Assembly (NCBI RefSeq): GCF_001457615.1 | Contig: NZ_LN831024.1 | Span: 2,970,001-3,002,000, forward strand | Direction: 5' to 3' | DNA: 32,000 nt | DNA from: Pseudomonas aeruginosa | GTDB taxonomy: Bacteria > Pseudomonadota > Gammaproteobacteria > Pseudomonadales > Pseudomonadaceae | Part shown: in pieces, positions 28,979-32,000 of the stretch | Layout of the letters: the number at the start of each line of letters is the position of its first letter | Position numbering within the stretch: position 1 is the first letter of the stretch | Program-made: the position numbers and the translations under genes | Notes under the pieces: generated by a model | Databases searched by the model: none | Told to the model about the DNA's origin: nothing | What the model saw: the letters and a program-made list of their open reading frames with translations, nothing else

Positions 28979-29456
28979 GAAAATACCAGAAGGCCGATGC
29001 CCGTCAACGGGAAAAAAACGCCTACCGGGGCCGAGCCAGGCATGAGGCCAGGACGTTGTTCATGAAAACCGAATAATCGTTTCGAATGATGGTTTGCAAT
29101 TATTAATGTCGAATGGAATGAATGTGCCATATCTCCATAAATAAAAAGGAAGTTTGTCCAATACTTGAGAAACTACTTTAAGAAGGTTTTGTCGGTAGAA
29201 AGCGATCAATCAGGCGAGCTTCGCTGACATGAAAAGCACCCGGCCGACCGTCTGAAGCAGTTCTCATTTATCGGAAAACGAAGGTGGCGCGCTGAAACTT
29301 ATGCGCGCCTGGCGGTCTTTATCGACGACCTGACCGCCCGGTCGCGTCATCACGCTCACCGATCGTTGCGGGTCCTGTCGAATGCCGCCGTTCCGTCGCA
29401 GCAGGATTTTTCGACAAGACCCGTCCGGACCCACTTCCCGGCTAAGGAATGACAGG

Positions 29457-30395
29457 ATGAGCGCCGCCCTGGAGCGATTGAATCATCTGAACCTGAATCA
29501 CTTGTATGCCTTCGTCGCCGTCGCCGAACACAACAGCTTCACCGCCGCGGCGGAGGCCCTGGGCTTGTCGAAATCGCTACTCAGCGAGCAGTTGCGACGC
29601 CTGGAGGCCGACCTCGGGATCCAGTTGCTGACCCGTACCACCCGTCGCATGACCCTTACCGATCGCGGCGAACTGCTGTTCGGCGTGGCCCAGCGCATGC
29701 TCGGCGAGCTGGACGGCGCGCTCTCCGATGTGCGCGACCTGCAGGGCGAGCCCAGTGGCCGGTTGCGCATCACCGCGCCGCAGGACTTCGTCAAGTGGCA
29801 CATCAGCAGCGTTTCCGCGGCGTTCATCCGGCAGTTTCCCAAGGTCCAGGTGGAAATGCTGGCCGATGACCAGTTCAGCGATCTGGTCGGCCAGCGCATC
29901 GATCTCGCAGTACGTATCGGCTGGCCGCGCGACTCCGGCCTGCATGCCAGCAAGCTGTGCGACTTCCAGCAGGTTGCCGTGGCGACGCCGGGATACCTCG
30001 CCGGCCTGCCGCCGGTGCTCCAGCCGCACGACCTGGCGCGTTGCGAATGGATCGGCCATACCCGCCTGAGCACGCCCTGGACCTGGACCTTCGAACGCCA
30101 GCGCGAGCGTGCCACGGTACAGACCCGAGGGCGCCTGCTGGCGAACAACACCCTGGCGGTGTACCGCCTGGTGCTCGACGGTGCCGGCGTCAGCGTGCTG
30201 CCGAGCTTCCTGGTGGCCCGCGAGATCGCCCGCGGGCGGCTGGTCCGGCTGCTACCTGGCTGGCACCTGCCGCAGGGCGGCATCTATGCCCTGTACCCCT
30301 CGGCGCGCTACATGCCGGTGCGGGTCAGGGCGTTCATCGAGTCGCTGCGCGAGCATCTCGGTCGCGAGCCGTTCCGCCTGGCGCAGGGCGAATGA
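29457..30395 (+). CDS. ptxR: PtxR, LysR-family regulator
   Basis: LNHLYAFVAVAEHNSFTAAAEALGLSKSLLSEQLRRLEADLGIQLLTRTTRRMTLTDRG. Divergent from ptxS and adjacent to pvc genes. Confidence 0.96.
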   Translation: MSAALERLNHLNLNHLYAFVAVAEHNSFTAAAEALGLSKSLLSEQLRRLEADLGIQLLTRTTRRMTLTDRGELLFGVAQRMLGELDGALSDVRDLQGEPSGRLRITAPQDFVKWHISSVSAAFIRQFPKVQVEMLADDQFSDLVGQRIDLAVRIGWPRDSGLHASKLCDFQQVAVATPGYLAGLPPVLQPHDLARCEWIGHTRLSTPWTWTFERQRERATVQTRGRLLANNTLAVYRLVLDGAGVSVLPSFLVAREIARGRLVRLLPGWHLPQGGIYALYPSARYMPVRVRAFIESLREHLGREPFRLAQGE

Positions 30396-30420
30396 GGCTG
30401 GGCATCCGTGCTGGGGGGCT

Positions 30421-30504
30421 GTAGGGCGAATAACGCCACAGGCGTTATCCGCCGCTGGCGTCGCGGATAGGCGGCGGATAACCGCAAGCGGTTATTCGCC
30501 CTAC
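30421..30504. repeat. 84-bp compound inverted repeat, unit 1 (REP/BIME-like)
   Basis: GTAGGGCGAATAACGCCACAGGCGTTATCCGCCG-N16-GCGGCGGATAACCGCAAGCGGTTATTCGCCCTAC. Confidence 0.9.
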
Positions 30505-30550
30505 GGATCGGGCTTCGGCAGCATCTCGGTCGCAAGCCATTCCAACTGGC

Positions 30551-30634
30551 GTAGGGCGAATAACGCCACAGGCGTTATCCGCCGCCGATGCCAGGGATAG
30601 GCGGCGGATAACCGCGAGCGGTTATTCGCCCTAC
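30551..30634. repeat. 84-bp compound inverted repeat, unit 2 (REP/BIME-like)
   Basis: Same arms as unit 1 with one base change (CGAG for CAAG) and a divergent 16-nt centre; 130-bp period. Confidence 0.9.
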
Positions 30635-31278
30635 GGCCCCAGGCTGCCCAGGTAGCCGGCGAGCGCCTGGATGTCGCTATCCTCCAGGCCGCCGGCGACC
30701 GCGCGCATGGTCGCGCTGTTGCCGCGCTTGCCGTCGCGGAAGCCGTGCAACTGGGTTGCCAGGTATTCCGCCCATTGCCCGGCCAGGCGCGGCGCCTTCA
30801 GCGCCGCCAGGCCCTGGGCGGCGGGCCCGTGGCAGGTGACGCAGGGCGGTACGCCGCGCTGCGCCAGGCCGTTCTCGAAGAGCTGGCGGCCGCGTTCGCG
30901 TTGCCTCGGGTCGGCCAGGGTCTGTTCGCCGGTACTCATGCGCTGGGCGGCGAACCAGGCGGAGACGTTGACCACGTCCGCCGCGCTCAGCTCCTCGCCG
31001 CGGCCGTTGGTGGCCGGGTTGCGCCGGCGCTGGGTCTTGAGGTCGTAGATCTGCTTGTACAGGTATTCCCGGTCGAGCCCGGCGAGCTTCGGGTAGCTGC
31101 GGTTCGGCCGCGGCCCGCCGTTGCCGTCGTCGTCGTGGCAGCGCGAGCACATTTTCTGCGCCATCGCCTTGCCGCGCGCCAGGTCGGCGGGCGCGTCCGG
31201 GCCCGGCACGGCGGCGGCCAGCGGCAGGGAAAGCAGGGCCGAGAGGCAGCCGGCCAGCCAGCGTTTGCGCTCAGTCAT
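30631..31278 (-). CDS. pvcD: PvcD, diheme cytochrome c
   Basis: Signal peptide MTERKRWLAGCLSALLSLPLAAAVPGP and two CxxCH motifs (CSRCH, CVTCH). Position next to ptxR and upstream pvcC. Confidence 0.92.
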   Translation of the reverse strand: MTERKRWLAGCLSALLSLPLAAAVPGPDAPADLARGKAMAQKMCSRCHDDDGNGGPRPNRSYPKLAGLDREYLYKQIYDLKTQRRRNPATNGRGEELSAADVVNVSAWFAAQRMSTGEQTLADPRQRERGRQLFENGLAQRGVPPCVTCHGPAAQGLAALKAPRLAGQWAEYLATQLHGFRDGKRGNSATMRAVAGGLEDSDIQALAGYLGSLGP

Positions 31279-32000
31279 GCTGCCAGGGCCCCCGCAGCCA
31301 GCCGTGGATGTCGTAGTCGGCCATACAGCGCTGGACCATCGCCTCGCAGTAGGCCAGGTGCCCGCGACGGCTGGCCCAGGCCAGCGAGTCGAGGCGGATC
31401 TGCTCGGCATTGCCGGAATAATGGCTCTCATAGACCGCGTGGCGCGCGCCGAACTCGCTGCCGGTGGCGTCCCAGATCAGCTTGAACAGCTTCAGGCGCT
31501 GCTCCGGCTCCAGCTCGGCACCGCGGTAGTAGCTGTCCACCAGCCGCCGCGCCTCTCCGTCGCGCAGGTCGGCGGCGCCCGAGACGGTGACCAGCGGGGC
31601 GCCGCCGAGGGCGCTTTCCAGCAGCTCGCGGACCCGCTTCCAGATCTGCGGCACCTGGATGCGCAGGGCATTGGCGTACTCCAGGCGCGGCACCGCCGAC
31701 CCGGCGGCGTTGCGCTCCGGGTCGCGGGCCATGGCGGTGGTCAGCGCCTGCAGCAGGTGCTGCAGGGCGATCAGCTCGCCGAGGGCAGCCTGTATCCCGC
31801 GGAAGCCCTGGGTGCCATTGGCGCGCACGCCGAGGGAAAGCAGGCCGATCATCAGCTCCAGCTTCACCCCGAGGCGGATGCCGGACTGGAAGTTGTACAG
31901 GTTGGCGAAGCCCGACTCGGCATAGAAACCGGTGGCGCGGCGCAGGTCGCGGTAGACCAGGACGTCCTCCCAGGGAATCAGCGCCTTGTCGAACAGCAGC
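31271..32000 (-). CDS. pvcC: PvcC, flavin-dependent 4-hydroxyphenylacetate-3-monooxygenase-like hydroxylase (C-terminal part; start outside window)
   Basis: Open minus frame to the window edge: ...LLFDKALIPWEDVLVYRDLRRATGFYAESGFANLYNFQSGIRLGVKLELMIGLLS..., typical of the HpaB family. Confidence 0.9.
   Translation of the reverse strand, partial: LLFDKALIPWEDVLVYRDLRRATGFYAESGFANLYNFQSGIRLGVKLELMIGLLSLGVRANGTQGFRGIQAALGELIALQHLLQALTTAMARDPERNAAGSAVPRLEYANALRIQVPQIWKRVRELLESALGGAPLVTVSGAADLRDGEARRLVDSYYRGAELEPEQRLKLFKLIWDATGSEFGARHAVYESHYSGNAEQIRLDSLAWASRRGHLAYCEAMVQRCMADYDIHGWLRGPWQHD

Noticed and set aside
28921-29130. 69-aa minus ORF in the ptxS/ptxR intergenic region
   Set aside because: No ribosome binding site or family evidence; overlaps the PtxS operator and an AT-rich regulatory stretch.
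30421-30634. Possible CRISPR array
   Set aside because: Only two large palindromic units with a 46-bp gap; no short regularly spaced direct repeats and no cas genes. REP-like repeats explain it better.

Overview
The window reads as core-genome Pseudomonas aeruginosa sequence. I base that on very high GC, gene order and several recognisable loci; PAxxxx names below are from memory and were not searched. Left to right it contains: the 3' end of a TonB-dependent receptor; a small gene behind a LexA box; a tightly coupled minus-strand cluster with two M48 metallopeptidases, three mutually related two-TM proteins and one exported protein, plus a divergent AraC regulator; the arsRBCH arsenic operon; a divergent AraC regulator / Zn alcohol dehydrogenase pair; a SoxR-boxed monooxygenase-like gene with soxR; pbpC; a GNAT-TetR / MFS divergon with two palindromic operators; a glutamine amidotransferase-like/ABM fusion with convergent MFS overlap; a LysR regulator; the membrane gluconate 2-dehydrogenase operon; the kgu operon (kguEKTD) with ptxS; ptxR; two near-identical 84-bp inverted-repeat units; and pvcD/pvcC (partial). 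The best candidate for an undescribed system is the M48 / paralogous membrane protein cluster at 742-6128. Secondary leads are the SOS-type promoter dyad, the CTP-synthase-GATase-like protein that has lost its FHPE histidine, and several high-quality palindromes. I saw no CRISPR array, rRNA, tRNA, IS element or prophage. The longest extra ORFs in the supplied track are GC-rich shadow frames.
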